Translations under genes and position numbers: made by a program
Notes under the pieces: generated by a model
The model's database searches: none
What the model saw: the letters and a program-made list of their open reading frames with translations, nothing else
What the model was told of the DNA's origin: nothing
DNA from: Guillardia theta CCMP2712
Lineage: Eukaryota; Protista; Cryptophyta
DNA: 55,619 nt
Direction of reading: 5' to 3'
NCBI RefSeq assembly: GCF_000315625.1
Contig: NW_005434440.1
Coordinates: forward strand, 1-55,619
Shown here: positions 28,201 to 40,817 of the stretch, piece after piece
How the letters are laid out: each line of letters opens with the position of its first letter
How positions within the stretch are numbered: position 1 is the first letter of the stretch

Positions 28201-31200
28201 TGCGGTGGGAGGATTCAATCATGGTTGGTGTGCAGTAGACAATGTCTGTCAAGCATGTGCTCTATCGTGCTTCAACGATGCCTTGTGCGGGGGTTTGACG
28301 GAAACAGTTTGTGGGTATGAGGCGTCTATAGAAGGTATCCAGCAAGCAGACAGCTTCACAGCCGTTAGCTTGAAGTACCCACTCTTAGCCATGGAAGGCA
28401 TCGGTCTTGTTCGTTCGGACAAGGACTCGTGCTTCTTCTACCTTCCCGACCTAGCGAAATCACCTCAGCGACCTGTCCGTATGATGCAGGTCAAGAGACT
28501 CTCGTCTACCAGCGGAGAGATGATAGTCAGAGTTGAGAACCTACCACGAATCTTGACAGATGAAATTGTTGAGATTCGATTCGAGTCCAGTAGGCTGCTG
28601 TCAATCCTTCGAGTATCGTGGAATCCTTCTTTTTGTGATTTCCTGGTCCAGACCCCCTCTGCCTTGGGCTTGTTTGGCTTAAGGAACTTGAGCCTGTGGA
28701 TGGCGGGAACTTACGTTAGCAGCTTCCTCGCTGACTTGTCATCAGACGTGAGATCAGCGATGGAGATAGTGAGTCCTCGCCGGATTTTCCAGAACCAGGT
28801 TGTTGCCCTCACAATCAAAGTGAGCAGAGCTCCGGCATTGTCTCTTGACCACCTTGAGATGTATCTGGACGGTCAAGCCATCAAAGTGTCGCATTTGAAT
28901 CAGACGGACACGCCCTTGATTTCTGCGGATAACGTGTACACTGGAGAAGCAAGAGAGGCTGTTCTAGTGCTGAGAAGTACTCTTCATCAGTTGGTCGAAC
29001 TTGTGCTGCCGATTACAATCGAAGGTCAAGTACAGAATCCAAGGATTCGACGGATAGTTCCCACCTCAGTACCTAGCACTGGAGGATTGCTGGAGGTGGA
29101 GATGGAGAACGTGGTCGGTTCCCATACCGAAGCATCAATTCTAGTCTATGTGCTGGTCGGCAGCCAAACTCTCCCCGTTTCAATCTCCTCAGGATCTTTG
29201 ATCATCGGACTAAACTCAATGACAATGCAAGTTGTACTGCCTGATGTCTCTGACGTTTTGCTGTCTGGAACTGCAGAGCTGCAGATTGTGATGAATGAAA
29301 CTTTAACTTCTCTCATTGACATCTTCGATTCCCAATGTGCCAGCATATCTGCAGTGTCACCGTCGCAGATGTCCATGGATGGAGGTACTAAAGTGACTGT
29401 TAAGCTGCAAACATTACGTCTATTCAGCAGCAGTCTTGACTTCATTGTCAATGTCGGTCTTGCCTCCATTCCAGTCACAAAGTTTGAGCAGGTGGGAACA
29501 ACATGTATCTTGCAGTTTGATTCCCCGAAACAATCGTTGCAAGCCCCCGCAAACGTATCTTTGCGTATAAGTATCAACGGACTCCCTCCACGCTGTAAAG
29601 TAGAAACCGAAGTCAGAGTCTACCCGCCATCTCCGAAGCTTCTTTCGGTCTTCCCTCAGAACATCTCAGCGCTTGGAGGGGACTTGGTTTCTCTGCTCCT
29701 TGAGGACGTGGACCCGTCGGCTGTCTCAGCTGTCAGCCTTGAAGACATTTCTCTTCAGTTTCAATCGGTTCAGATCTCGAGGGCTGAGACCGTAGTCACC
29801 TTTGTTACCCCTGCTCTCATGAAGGGACCTGTACTGATGAGGTTGCTGGGCAAAGACAGCGAGTTCAGCCACATCCTCACTGTGATAGACTCAAACACAG
29901 TCAGTACAGCTGACTTGAACCCCAGCAGAGGCTCAGCGGCAGGTAACTGGTACCTGCAGGCAAGCTTTGATGTCCTCGATTCAACGTCTCTGGTCTCTGG
30001 TTGTACTTTTACAGCTTCCATGGGGCAGAGAGTGATGGAAGTCACAGACGTGCAACGGGCTTTGGCAAAGTCTGTCAACAGCGTCACTTTGACCGCTCTT
30101 GTTCCTCCCATGCCAACAGGCCAACATCATGTAAGCTTCTACAGCGTCTGCCCGAGCTCTGACCGTCCAAGGCTGACTGCTGTTGGCTACCTCAACATTG
30201 AACAAACCAATTCATTTCATGTGGACCGAGTGTTTCCTCCGCGGGTGCAATCGGGCCATGAGCCAACGCTCAATCTGCGGCTTCAGCGAGTTCCTCTTAA
30301 CGCCACCGTCTCTGACTTTGACGTTGACATCGCCGGTGTTCCTTGCGTTGCTCTCGATCTGTCCCTATTCCACCTGGACTCGGCCTGGCTCAGCTGCTCC
30401 CTGCAAGAAAGTTTGCCCGTGGGCTCATGGCCTGTCAACGTGTTCTTGCTGAAAGCCTCCGAGAACCCGCAGACTTCCAACTTTCGTCTTTCAGTCGCAG
30501 GTGGGCCTCACCTCGTGCTTGCCGAGCCATCTTCCGGGCCCGCTCTTGGCGCAAATGCTGTGAGAATCCTTGCCCAGAACTTTCCTCTGACATCCATCAA
30601 GCAAGCTTTTATTTCTGTGGGGGGAAAGCCAGCCAGCCCATTCTTCTTGAGATCTGGAAGTACTTTCGAGACGGAGTTTTCTTTTGTGGTACCTCCAACC
30701 AAGTGTCAGCAGGCCTGTGAAGCTCCGGTGAAGATTATAGACATCGTGTCAGGCTCCTCAATTACTTTCAATTACCTCTATCAACCTCCTCGATTGCAAG
30801 CGTGGGGTCAACAAGTGTTCAACACTGAAGGGACAGTTGAATTTCAGCTTTCAGTGACGGGTATTCCCGAAGTCAGAAGCAAGCTTGAACTTCAGGTTGC
30901 GTTGGAGTCAAGATGGTTGCAAGATTCAGAGTTTGACCTTGTCTTCGCTCATCCTTCACTGCTCATCATCGCAGTAAAGCCCATCGGGAATCAGTTTGAC
31001 GGACTAGATGTCTTGAGTGGAATCGTCCTGTCGACTCTGAATCGAGAGTTCTCAGTCGGGTTTCAGGTGGGGATTGAAAGAGGCAACATTCCCACAGTTG
31101 TCTCCGTCTGGCCTCCTCATGTGCCCAGACGTCTGCCGTCGAGGCTCGAGGTGATTGTGCGGAACTATCCTGTCTTCCCCAGCATGAGCTTCGACAACAA

Positions 31201-34200
31201 CTACAGGGACATATCAGGACCTGTTTCTCCAGCTCTATATGTCACATCTAATATCAAGGCCAGCGTCGAATCATTCGACATTGTCCGACCTCAATTGTAC
31301 AATGTCAGTGCGGTGGTTCGTGTAGTATTGCAAGTTTATTCCGCAACCTCATCAGGCTCTGTGATCAGAATCCGAGCAGGCGGCCATGACATCTTCGTTG
31401 AGGTTTCTTTCTACGATATCGGCACTCCAACGCTCCTCGAGCTGAATCGGAAGAGTGGACCTCGTAACGGCTCGCTTGTCATAGCACAACTTGGAGGCTT
31501 CAAAGTCAACGACATGAAGTCAATCTTGGTTGGAGCTGCAGACGCCAACGCGAAGGTGCAGGAAGTGTCCAGCTCGAGCTTGATCACAACCATCGCTTTC
31601 TACCTCCCACCTTTGATGGCGTCGGGTCCCATTCCTATTCGAATCTCAAGCACTGACGCAAGTCAAGCAGAGGTCAGTTTCCTTTATTCGTTGCAGCAAG
31701 TTTGCGACTACACTTGGTTCTGCGCGCAAAGTTCCCTGTTGGTGCCGGTAAGTCAAGATATTGATCAAGTCATCATTCTACTTCAGCTGACCTCTTTACA
31801 GGTGTTTGCGCCTCGATCATGTAATGCTGCCAAGTGCTTCAATCTCCGAGCAAGACAAGCCCCTGTGCTCAGCTGGGTCAGCATGACTGAAGGGCCTTCA
31901 ACGGGAGGTACTCGAGTCGAGCTTCAGATCTCGAACCTTTCTGAGCCAATGAGTGATGTCTTGATTGTCTTCGGCTCCAAGTCCGCGAGGGTGCTTGAGA
32001 TGATGGCAGACCCAGGGGGTAAGCTCCTTCGGATTGGTGTGATCACTCCCGTACCGGAGACAGACGGTCTCTGTACAGTCAATGTCAACTTTCTCAACCC
32101 TGGGGTTTCAAACCTTGAGTTCGCCTTCCTCTATCGACCTGTCGCCTTGCCTCCTGCCCTTGCCTCCTTCTCACCTCAGCGGTGTGTACAGGGCACCATA
32201 TTCAACTTGACTCTATCCTACGAGGGATGGTCTCCTATCTTGCAAGCGGAAGAAGTCATCGCTGTCAGCCACAAGGGCACATCAACTCAGGGGCGAGTGG
32301 TAGTCTCAGACTGGGCATCCACTGTAGTCACCTTTGAATCCTTGCACTGTCCCAGCAGTGGCGATTTACTTTCAGTGGACATTATTCGAACAAGTCAGCT
32401 TCACAAACTCAATGTGACATTGACGATTGATGCAATGGACTCAAAGCTTCTTTCCTATTTCCCTTCAATTGGGCCCCTGCATCGACCGTCGCAGGTCTTC
32501 GTTCGCATTCGAAGTTTCAGTTCATCGGATTTCCAACTTGTCTTGACCAACTTGAGCAGCAGCGCTAACAGCTCTGAATCTCAGTCATCCCTTGCGAACA
32601 ACGTGACATGCCGAGGGCTTTCAGCCAACCGAGTCTGCTCCATGACCTTCACCATCCCCGCGCGGTCCTCTCCTGGTACTGTTCGATTCACGCTGGTCCA
32701 GGTTCTTGGCGGGGCAATTGACTGGATTGAATGGAAATATTCACAGAGCAACGTGACTCAGATCGAGTCGATCAGTGCAACCAGCTCGTCTTCAGCTGGG
32801 GGAGACCTGATTGAGGTCGCTTTCTACGGATTTCCTCGGCTCCACACAGAGACAGAGGCAGGCGAGGACTTCTTGAGTCAAGTTCAGATCTCCTTTGGGC
32901 CTTTCAGCGGATCCCTCCAGAGCATCTCATGGAGCGAGGAGCCGAGAAGCGACAGGGACCCGCCTCGTCGCACAGTCATCAAGTTTCTCACCCCGTCTGT
33001 GTGGAAGTCGATGAACACAACCGTGACAATCTTTCAAAGCTACAACACGCAGCGCTTCGCCAGCTATCTTCATCAGTTTTACACTCCAGATGTCTTCTTG
33101 TACCAGCAGGAATGCAGTATGACAGGAGGTTGCACAGTGAAGATGAGGATCTACAACTTCTTCATTTCAAATTACAATCAAATGAAGGTGTATGTTGGCG
33201 AAAAAGAAGCAACGCTTCTTCCAGACTCTTATATGGAATCGGCGCTTGATCTGGTGGTCAACGTAACAATCCCAGCAGCAAAGTCACCAGGTCAAGTAAC
33301 GATGAAAGTGTCAGACAGTCTGCTGGGGTCTTCAGCTACCACAAGTTTCCGGTACATCGCAGGCCCCGAGGTGAAGTATGCACGTATATGTTCATGTTGA
33401 TTGTCTGACTGCTCTTGCAGACGAGGATGTTGACGCCTCCAACAGCCTCGGCGAATGGAGGCGGCCAGGTCGAGCTCCTCTTGCTCAACTTTCCCGAGGT
33501 GTCATCGTCGCAGGAGATCGGAATCGGGTCATCGAATGTTTCCAGCCTCAGGTTGATCTCCTCCAACGCTCGCAGAACAGTAGTCGCAGTGCTTGTACCC
33601 GTGCTTCCTGCTGGAGCTGCCTCGCTCTCCGTCTCTCTGTTCCCTCTCGATTGGTTCACCATCTTTCCAGGCGTCACTTGGGCAGCAACTGTCGTAAAAG
33701 TTTGGGAAGCTGCTACGATTGTATCGATCACTCCAAACCATGTCAAAGAAGGAGTTGAAACCATCTTGACTTTGCTGCTCCGAAACTTTCCCGACCCTTC
33801 TACTGACTTCAACGGGTCAAGTCACTTCGAGCTTGCGGTGGGTCCTTACCACGGCAAGCTTCACAACACTACTTATGACGACGCGAGTGCCAGTGAGGTT
33901 GCGTTTCTGCTGCCGCCGATGCTCAATGGGGAGTACGACCTGGTCATACGCAGAGGCAACTTGATGGCCGAGCGCAAACTCCGCGTGGTATCTGATCGAC
34001 TGAAAGTCGTGCAAGTCGTCGGGAGTGAGGGATCCTCGCAAGGAGGCAACAAGGTGCTGGTGAGTGTGCTGGGGCTTGTCACCCCGACACAAGTAAGCGA
34101 CCTTCAAGTCATCTTCGGAGGGCAGGAGCCAGCTCTCATAGGGAACATAATGATAGACAGGGCAGTCACCAGCTTCGAGCTCATAGCTCCTCCTTCATCG

Positions 34201-37200
34201 CCTGACATGGACGGAAGCAGCACGGTCGAGGTCTCGGTCGCTACCCGTCAAGAAGTCACAACCACCCTCACCTTCGAGTACATGTACGTTCATAGCCTTC
34301 AGGTGCTTCGAGCCCAGCTGAGCTCCGATGGAGGGAAGTTAATCATGACAATGAGCCAGGCGATTGACTTGAGAAGCCTCGGATATGAAATTGTAGGAAC
34401 TGCTTATGTACAGGACAAGCGTCTTTTCAGCTGCAGTCAACTGTTCTCATACAGCACGGTGAATGACTTGGGGTATCAGGCTTCTTGTTTCTTCGCATCG
34501 GACGTTCTTATCGTCGTCGCTTTGGGCTGGACAACTGCAATCAAGCAGGGCTACGTTGGTACGCTCAACCATGCTGTGTCTCCGGTCAACCAGCACGCTC
34601 GGAATCTACCTGTTCAGCGGGAGTTTACAGTAGGAGACTTGTTCTTTGGCTCTCGGCCCAACAAGCTTGGAAGGCTTTATGGACCCTCGTTCGTCGGCCC
34701 TTGCGATGACTTGGAGTTCGGCATAGACCTGGAGAGCATGAGAGAACCGATGGCGGTGGAATGGAAGCTGTTGACACGGGAGCTGCAGGAGATTCCTGGA
34801 GCTCTTGTCGACCAGACGTCTCTCAACATCGTGGTTGCACCAGATGTCTTTCCGTTATCCGTCAACGATTTCTTGGTCAGGTCAAGAGTCACACTTTTAG
34901 ACGGGCAGGTGCTCGACTTCCAACATCAAATATCTCGCAAACGGTTCCCAATCCCCATGGTTGACTTGCAAGTAGTTGGTTATCAGTCAGCAACCCAGCC
35001 GTTCCAAGTTATAGCCGACGCAAGAGACTCTACGTGCCTTCAAGTCTCCCTAGGTGAGCCATCGACCCCTAGCTTGATGTTGTTAGTTGACTTCTGTGCG
35101 CAGGGATACCTGTTCAGAGCTCCGCCATGCAGTACGAGTGGTATCAAATGACCGGGCAGGTCTGGTCGTTGATCAGTGGACAGACTGGCTACCGGCTGCA
35201 AGCTGAAGGTGCAAATAGAGTGAAGTTGAAACTGACTCCAATGGTCGACCCCTCAGCGTCGATCCAAGTAGAAGCATTCCTTCCCCCCAACAGAACTAGA
35301 ACGATTGTGAAGCTGCTTGGGGGCAATCGCATGATCTCGCCAACTGAGCAAGTCGTCTTACAAGCTCTTGTGTCGACCTCGAGCTTGTTTGGAGCAGTTC
35401 GATACCGATGGCAGTGCTGGAGTGGTGGAGAAACCTGCAGGCAATCAGATGGCAAGATGTTGATGCTTGGAGATAGCTTGAACTTGACGGTGGAGGGAGG
35501 GACGTTGGTGGCTGGAAGGCTCTACTCATTCCATGTCATCGCATTCTCAGCTTTTGACTTTGCGTCTGCTACCACAGACATTGTCGTTGGAGCAGGTGAG
35601 GTAGGCATGACGACAATCAGTATGTTCCAGAGCTTCAGAGAGGTGGACTGCTTTGAGGAGGTACTGGGAGGCACCGACCTTGTCGTACATGCAGTCAGCA
35701 CAATCCCAACTGCAAATGAGCAGCTTTCCTGGACATTCAACAGTACCTTCCCATACTCGAGCACAAGCTCCATCGAGGTGCAAGGCAATAACCAACTCGT
35801 CGTAGCTGGAACCTCCCTGGGTTTGTTCTCAGCAACAAGCGTCGTCTTTGCCTCTGATCCTCTCACAAGTTCAACCTCTTGGTGCAAGCTGACGGTGGTT
35901 CCTCCTCCTAACAGCGGTCGCTGCTGGCTTCGCTTTCTTTCTGCTGTCCAGCAGCCCTTCAACGCTGCCTTGCGATGCGAAGGGTATGAGGGAGGGCTGG
36001 TGGGCGGGTTGAGCTACTGGTATGAGCTGTCAGTGGAAAACAATATTTATTTCTCTTTGAGGGTGAAGAAGAGCGAGCAGCAGGTCATTCTTCCAAGCGG
36101 AGCACTGAACCTTTCTGTGCATGTGGAAGATGAAACAGGAGCTTTCTCTCGATTCTACTTGCCGTCTACAAAGGTTCCCTTCAGCTCTGTGACTCTAGAG
36201 CACGTGCTCGCCCTCAAAGCTAGAGTCCAACAGTCAGGGCGAGCTGACATCCTGTGGGCGGGTGCGCTAGCGGTAAAGTCGAACCTTGGGAGTGAGAACG
36301 CGGCTCTTGGACAGCAGCTCTTTTCTCAGCTTTTCCCGGTCATGCTTGAAATATACCAGGCACAGCAGCCCTCGCTAGATTCCACTTTGCAAATACTTCA
36401 GGTCTTGACTGTGCTCACTCAACCCCCAGCACAACTTGACTTGAGCAACGTGTCGTCATGTGTTGAGCTGATTCAGAGTGTCCTGTCAACGATAGAACAG
36501 CTGGGAGAAAGGGAGGTGGACAGGAGGCAGTTGGAGCAGCTGGTGGTGCTAGTAGATCAGATCTCGGCGAGCGTCTCTTCGCTTCAGTTGGATCGCACAG
36601 GTGGGTCGACCATCGCCAGGCTGTGGTGGTCAAGTCAAATGCGACTCATCGACTCCCTCGCCTCGGTGAGTTTGCGGTTGACACGCACGTCAGGGGTCGA
36701 CCAGGCCCTTCACCTGACGCAGGTGTCCATGCTCCTACAGCCCGTCAAAGTGGCCGCGCTCTTGGCTGGCCCTCTCGTTCTCTCGCTTTCCAACCAGCAC
36801 GTCGCATTTGCTCTTGCTCCAGCAGTGCTGTCGGACATTACGGTACAGGAGGAGGCAGCTCGATACGTTGTCGTGAGCTTGTTTGTGTCTGCTCCCTCCT
36901 ACACTGCAGAGTTTCTCCTCCTCTCTCAAGCTGTCAGCCTCGCTCTCTCCTCCTGGCCTGATGGTTCCCTCGCCAACCGCCTGCTGACCGCAGGGATCAG
37001 AGTAGACATCGTCTTCTCCGTCCCGAGCCAACTCCAGCGGGACTCTAGCAGGAGCGGAGTGATGTGCATGGTGTGGCAGGTAGCGAGCGGGAGCTGGGAA
37101 GAGGGATGCAGACTGGACGCTATCCTCCAGCTGTATGACGATGCAGGCGCAGTCATTGAGGGGAGAGAAAATGCTGTTTGCGTCTGCCCGTCGCTCGCGA

Positions 37201-37988
37201 CTGTCGCCATCGGGTATCGCTTGCAAGAGAATAAGTTTATCTCCCCCACACCTGAGTGGGGGGACGTTCTGGTCGTGAGGGCCGGTGAGAGCCTTTCGCT
37301 CCTCCTTCGCTTCGCCGTCGCTGAGGGATCTACAGCAACTGCTGCCTCTCGCCTCCCCTCCTCTCCTCCTTCCTTCCAGCCTTTGACCGCGGGGATTATG
37401 CGCCATGGCCCAAACAACTCGACCGAGCTGAACCTGACGTGGGTGCCGATGGTGGAGGGGAGGGAGAGGCTGGTGCTGGAGCTCTGGGTGGACGGGAGGA
37501 AGAGCGACGAGCGATGGTTGTCTGTACAGGTTCTCTTCTGCGAGCACTGGGCGATGGAGGGAGAGACGCTGGAAGACGTGGCGAGACTGTATGGGACCAG
37601 CTGGCAGGCCTTGTTTGCCATCAACCCAGGCTTGTCATCAGTGCGAGGAGCGCTGAGGATCAAGGCAGGGTCAGCGGGAGAGCGAGGGTCCATGTGGGAG
37701 TGCAGGGAGGGACAAGAATGCGTGAAGAGGACAGCAAGGGGGTTGTTGGAGCCAAACGTGCTGCGGGTGGGGGTGAGGCTGGCTGTTGGGAGCCTTGGGT
37801 CAAGAGAGGAGCTCCTGTCGTACCTGCGCAGACTGGGAGGGAGTCTACATCAGACCGTCTTGATGAGCCCTCGAAGAATCCCTCTCATCTCCTCCAACCC
37901 GCTCGTCGCAAACTTCTCGAAAGTGCACGGAGACGGCAGGTTGTGTGTAGTCGCAATGTTTGCTGATAGCTGCCCTGCAAGTCAATGA
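4211..37988 (+). CDS. Giant secreted multidomain protein (~11,150 aa): beta-sandwich repeats, IPT/TIG, EGF, FN3, EPTP-like, REJ, GPS-like, LysM
   Basis: The five large track ORFs join in frame across GT-AG introns 15145-15193, 24221-24267, 33371-33420 and 35054-35103. Two probable in-frame 54-nt introns lie at 4293-4346 and 31748-31801. Exons: 4211-4292, 4347-15144, 15194-24220, 24268-31747, 31802-33370, 33421-35053, 35104-37988 (33,474 nt). Signal peptide ends ...FFLPAVSA. EGF CPNNCGGSKRGVCTTSVCTCFYPFTGIDCS (~17280-17370); FN3 YxFRVRAxN motifs (~21500-22500, ~24400-26700); REJ-like GGNRMISPTEQVVLQA..YRWQC; GPS-like CMVWQVASGSWEEGC...CVCPSLATVA (~37060-37215); LysM GETLEDVARLYGTSWQALFAINPGL (~37560-37635). 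Confidence 0.85.
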
Positions 37989-38127
37989 CAACTATAAGTC
38001 GCAGCAGTAAAATATAGTAAAGTGTTCAACATGTTGACATTTTTCCAAACATTCAATTCATCTCGAACGTCGCCCTGTCTCTTGTCCGAGCGAGCATGAC
38101 GGTAACTTCCCGCGTTTCCCCTCGCTT

Positions 38128-38373
38128 TCAATAGATCCATCGTACCAGCTCCTTCACCCCCTGACCCTCAAGACAGTTCACCCGGAAGCTCTCGCCTCCG
38201 TTGATCACATGTAACGGCAGGATATAAACCTCGTCTTCCTCCGCCATCTTCTTCAGCTCCTCTTCCACACATGCCTTCACCTCCTCACACTGATCCGTCA
38301 CCTCGCTCTCCTCGGCAAGATCGATGTGCGTTACTACGAGCAACACGCTCGCTCCCAGATGATGGGGTGGCAC
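38128..38373 (-). pseudogene. Fragment of a Roc (Roco-family) GTPase domain
   Basis: ASVLLVVTHID resembles the Roc G4 motif (THxD) and SFRVNCLEGQGVKEL resembles the G5 region. There is no P-loop upstream and a stop follows immediately. Confidence 0.55.
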
Positions 38374-38586
38374 TTCCTACATGGTATGTTTCATCTGCAT
38401 CTGATAGCTTCTCTCCTTGTTACACCCGGCCATTCTTTCTCTCTTTCTTGCTGAGAGTACCTCTGAAGGTATGTACAGCACATGGTTACCGCATCTCATG
38501 AAGAGCTGAGACGAGCCAACAGGTTAAAAGAGAAAGAGTCAATCAGATTTCAGCTAGTTCGTAGCTGCTGCTGGCTGATCTCCGTA

Positions 38587-39639
38587 CTAGTAGATCTTGT
38601 AGATGCTCGTCGCGCTCGAGCGACACATCGGGCATGGCCTCGACGTCGCTCCCTCCTTGCAGTCCTCGCACAGACACTTGTGACCGCAGGGGATCAGCGC
38701 CCAATCAGCTCTTCGCTCCATGCAGACGACGCATCGCTGCCCGCGATCTTCGACGGCTTCGTCGTACTGCTCCTGAAGCAGCTGCTCTAGCTGGCTGAAG
38801 CTTGGTCGCTCGGTCTTCTTCTCCTTCCAGCATTTTTGCATGATCAAATAAACTTTAGGCGGACATGCTGAAGGAGCCGCTAGTCGCTCGCCTTCCAGCA
38901 CCTTCGAACCCACCTGAGGGTCTTCAGTGATAGTCCCATAAGGGACTTTGCCGTAGGTCCAGACCTCCCACATGGTCACCCCGAACGCCCACACGTCGCT
39001 CTTCTCCGAGTAATGCCTCCTCTCGATGCTCTCCGGCGCCATCCACCGCACGGGTCGAGCCGTCGAGCCTGCCGTGCTCACGCTCCCGGCCCTACTCTCC
39101 CCGTACCCGCGCGAGGCCATGATGGACAGCCCGTAGTCGGCTATCTTGACGCTGACAGCCAGGTGATCCTCCGGGTCCAGGCTGAACACAAGCACGTTCC
39201 TCGCCGCCAGGTCCCGATGCACGACCTCATGCAGCGACAGCTGCACCATCCCGTCGCAGATCTGCCTGACCACCTGCAGCTGCACCAGCAGACTCATCGT
39301 CTCCTCTGCCTCGGCGTAGTTGGACAAGATCCCATCGAGAGAGTCCTTGGAAGCGAACTCAGTCACCAGGCAGTAGTCGCCGGAGCTCGGCTCGATGCTG
39401 GTGGCGAGGAGGCGAAGGAGGTTGGGGTGACGGCCCAGCTGGTGGAAGATCGTCACCTCCTGCTCGAACTCTTCTCTCCTCCCAGTTGGTCCGCTGCCTC
39501 GGATTCGCTGGATTGCCACGTCAGCGCTGCTGCCATGCGGCTGCTGCCACCGAGCCCTGTAGACGAGCTTGAAGGAGCCTGAGCCGATCTGCTGCAGGCC
39601 CGTGAAGGACTCGAAGTTGCACGATGGGAATGGATCAAG
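38587..39639 (-). CDS. Tyrosine-kinase-type protein kinase with C-terminal C3HC4 RING finger (last exon; 5' exons uncertain)
   Basis: The frame is open from the acceptor TTTCTCTTTAG (39642-39640): LDPFPSCNFESFTGLQQIGSGSFKLVYRARW...DVAIQRIRG...HRDLAARN...KIADYG...PVRWMAPES...SDVWAFGVTMWEVWTYGKVPY. RING motif CVVC...PCGHKCLCEDC...CPMCR. Confidence 0.85.
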   Translation of the reverse strand, partial: LDPFPSCNFESFTGLQQIGSGSFKLVYRARWQQPHGSSADVAIQRIRGSGPTGRREEFEQEVTIFHQLGRHPNLLRLLATSIEPSSGDYCLVTEFASKDSLDGILSNYAEAEETMSLLVQLQVVRQICDGMVQLSLHEVVHRDLAARNVLVFSLDPEDHLAVSVKIADYGLSIMASRGYGESRAGSVSTAGSTARPVRWMAPESIERRHYSEKSDVWAFGVTMWEVWTYGKVPYGTITEDPQVGSKVLEGERLAAPSACPPKVYLIMQKCWKEKKTERPSFSQLEQLLQEQYDEAVEDRGQRCVVCMERRADWALIPCGHKCLCEDCKEGATSRPCPMCRSSATSIYKIY

Positions 39640-39661
39640 CTAAAGAGAAAGGTTCACCATG

Positions 39662-39859
39662 TCATCGATGCCTGCATCCATACTATCGACAGCAACCGTC
39701 AGCTCCGATGTAAAGGGGTTCCGAAGTTCCACTCAAAGCTATCACATACCTCGTCGTAGTTGAACCATCCTATAGACTTGGCGCACTGAGTCAACCAGTC
39801 ACTAAACAAACAAGACCACTATCAACCAACTGTTGGAAACACAATGAACTTACATTCTA
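39662..39859 (-). other. Paralogous copy of the 3' zinc-finger exons of the kinase-PARP gene (3-nt exon AAT, 36-nt exon, YGCRHR* exon)
   Basis: TAG|AAT|GTAAGT (exon 39856-39854); exon 39785-39750 = CAKSIGWFNYDE; exon from 39682 = YGCRHR-stop. These match 44334-44332 (AAT), 44261-44226 (CSKSRGWSDYEQ) and 44168 onward (YGCRHC), with similar intron sequence. Confidence 0.75.
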
Positions 39860-40817
39860 TGAGCATAGGAATAGAACGTTGAAGCCAAAACAAGAACACT
39901 CGGCCTCTCAGTCTCTCACTCGTGGAGCTACTAAACCCGAGCGATCGCCTGGTCTGAGGGTCAAAGGAATATTTTCCCTATCACCTCAGCTGGCAGGACC
40001 GAAAGTCAACACTCGCACAGGCCTTGTAGTGCAGAGAGGTCTTGCAGCGAAATGATGAAAGCACCAGCTGATTGCAAGCTGACAGCTGCTTTGTGGTATC
40101 CAGCCGGTAGCGTAGAGAGACGTGGGCCATGGCGGGCAGACAAGTGATTTGTGTGCTTTTGATAGATAGAGATGATTTACAACTTGCTGTGCACAGTGGA
40201 TCATGAAACATCTCCGAGATCGAATCAATGGTAAGCAAGACGAGACCAAGTTTCTTGCGAGGATGTATGATTGTGTGCGCGGGATCACGACGAGCTAGTC
40301 CTTTGAGCGAATAAGTTTTATCCGAAGATGTTGTATACCAAAGATGTTTCCCACTCCCAGCAACTTGCTGCTCATGTACCCCGTACCTCGTCTTTTGTAT
40401 CACGCACATAACGTCCCAATTTGACCTTGCTCCTCCTCCACCCTCTCTCCTCAGCCTCATCCCTTTCATAACCACCATCATCGTTGTCATCGTCATAGGG
40501 GAAGCAGGAGGAGGAGTAGGACGAAGGTAGGGCGTAAGCTCGGAGGAGGACATTAGACTGCGGCTTTGTAAGGAACGATGGAAAGGCGACATGGAGGAGC
40601 GATGATTTGGCGTGATCATTCTTCCACAAGAGTTTATGAAGCAGTTATAGAAGCCCAAGCGCTTCCTTTCTTCTCGCTGAGAAACAGATGGAGAGATTTC
40701 CAAGCATTCGTCTTCTTGATGCTTTCTCTCTCTGACATCCTGTTTGACTGACGTCCATGACTCTTTGGAAACAATTGCTACTGTCCACGAAATCGGGTAT
40801 TCGCAATAAGCATAAGC

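Noticed and set aside
15264-35151. Treating the 2986-, 3087- and 578-aa ORFs as separate genes
   Set aside because: Each boundary coincides with a canonical 47-50-nt GT-AG intron that restores the frame.
39981-40703. 240-aa minus-strand ORF as the 5' part of the TK-RING gene
   Set aside because: No recognisable domain, non-ATG start, and I could not build frame-consistent splice junctions to the 39856 microexon.
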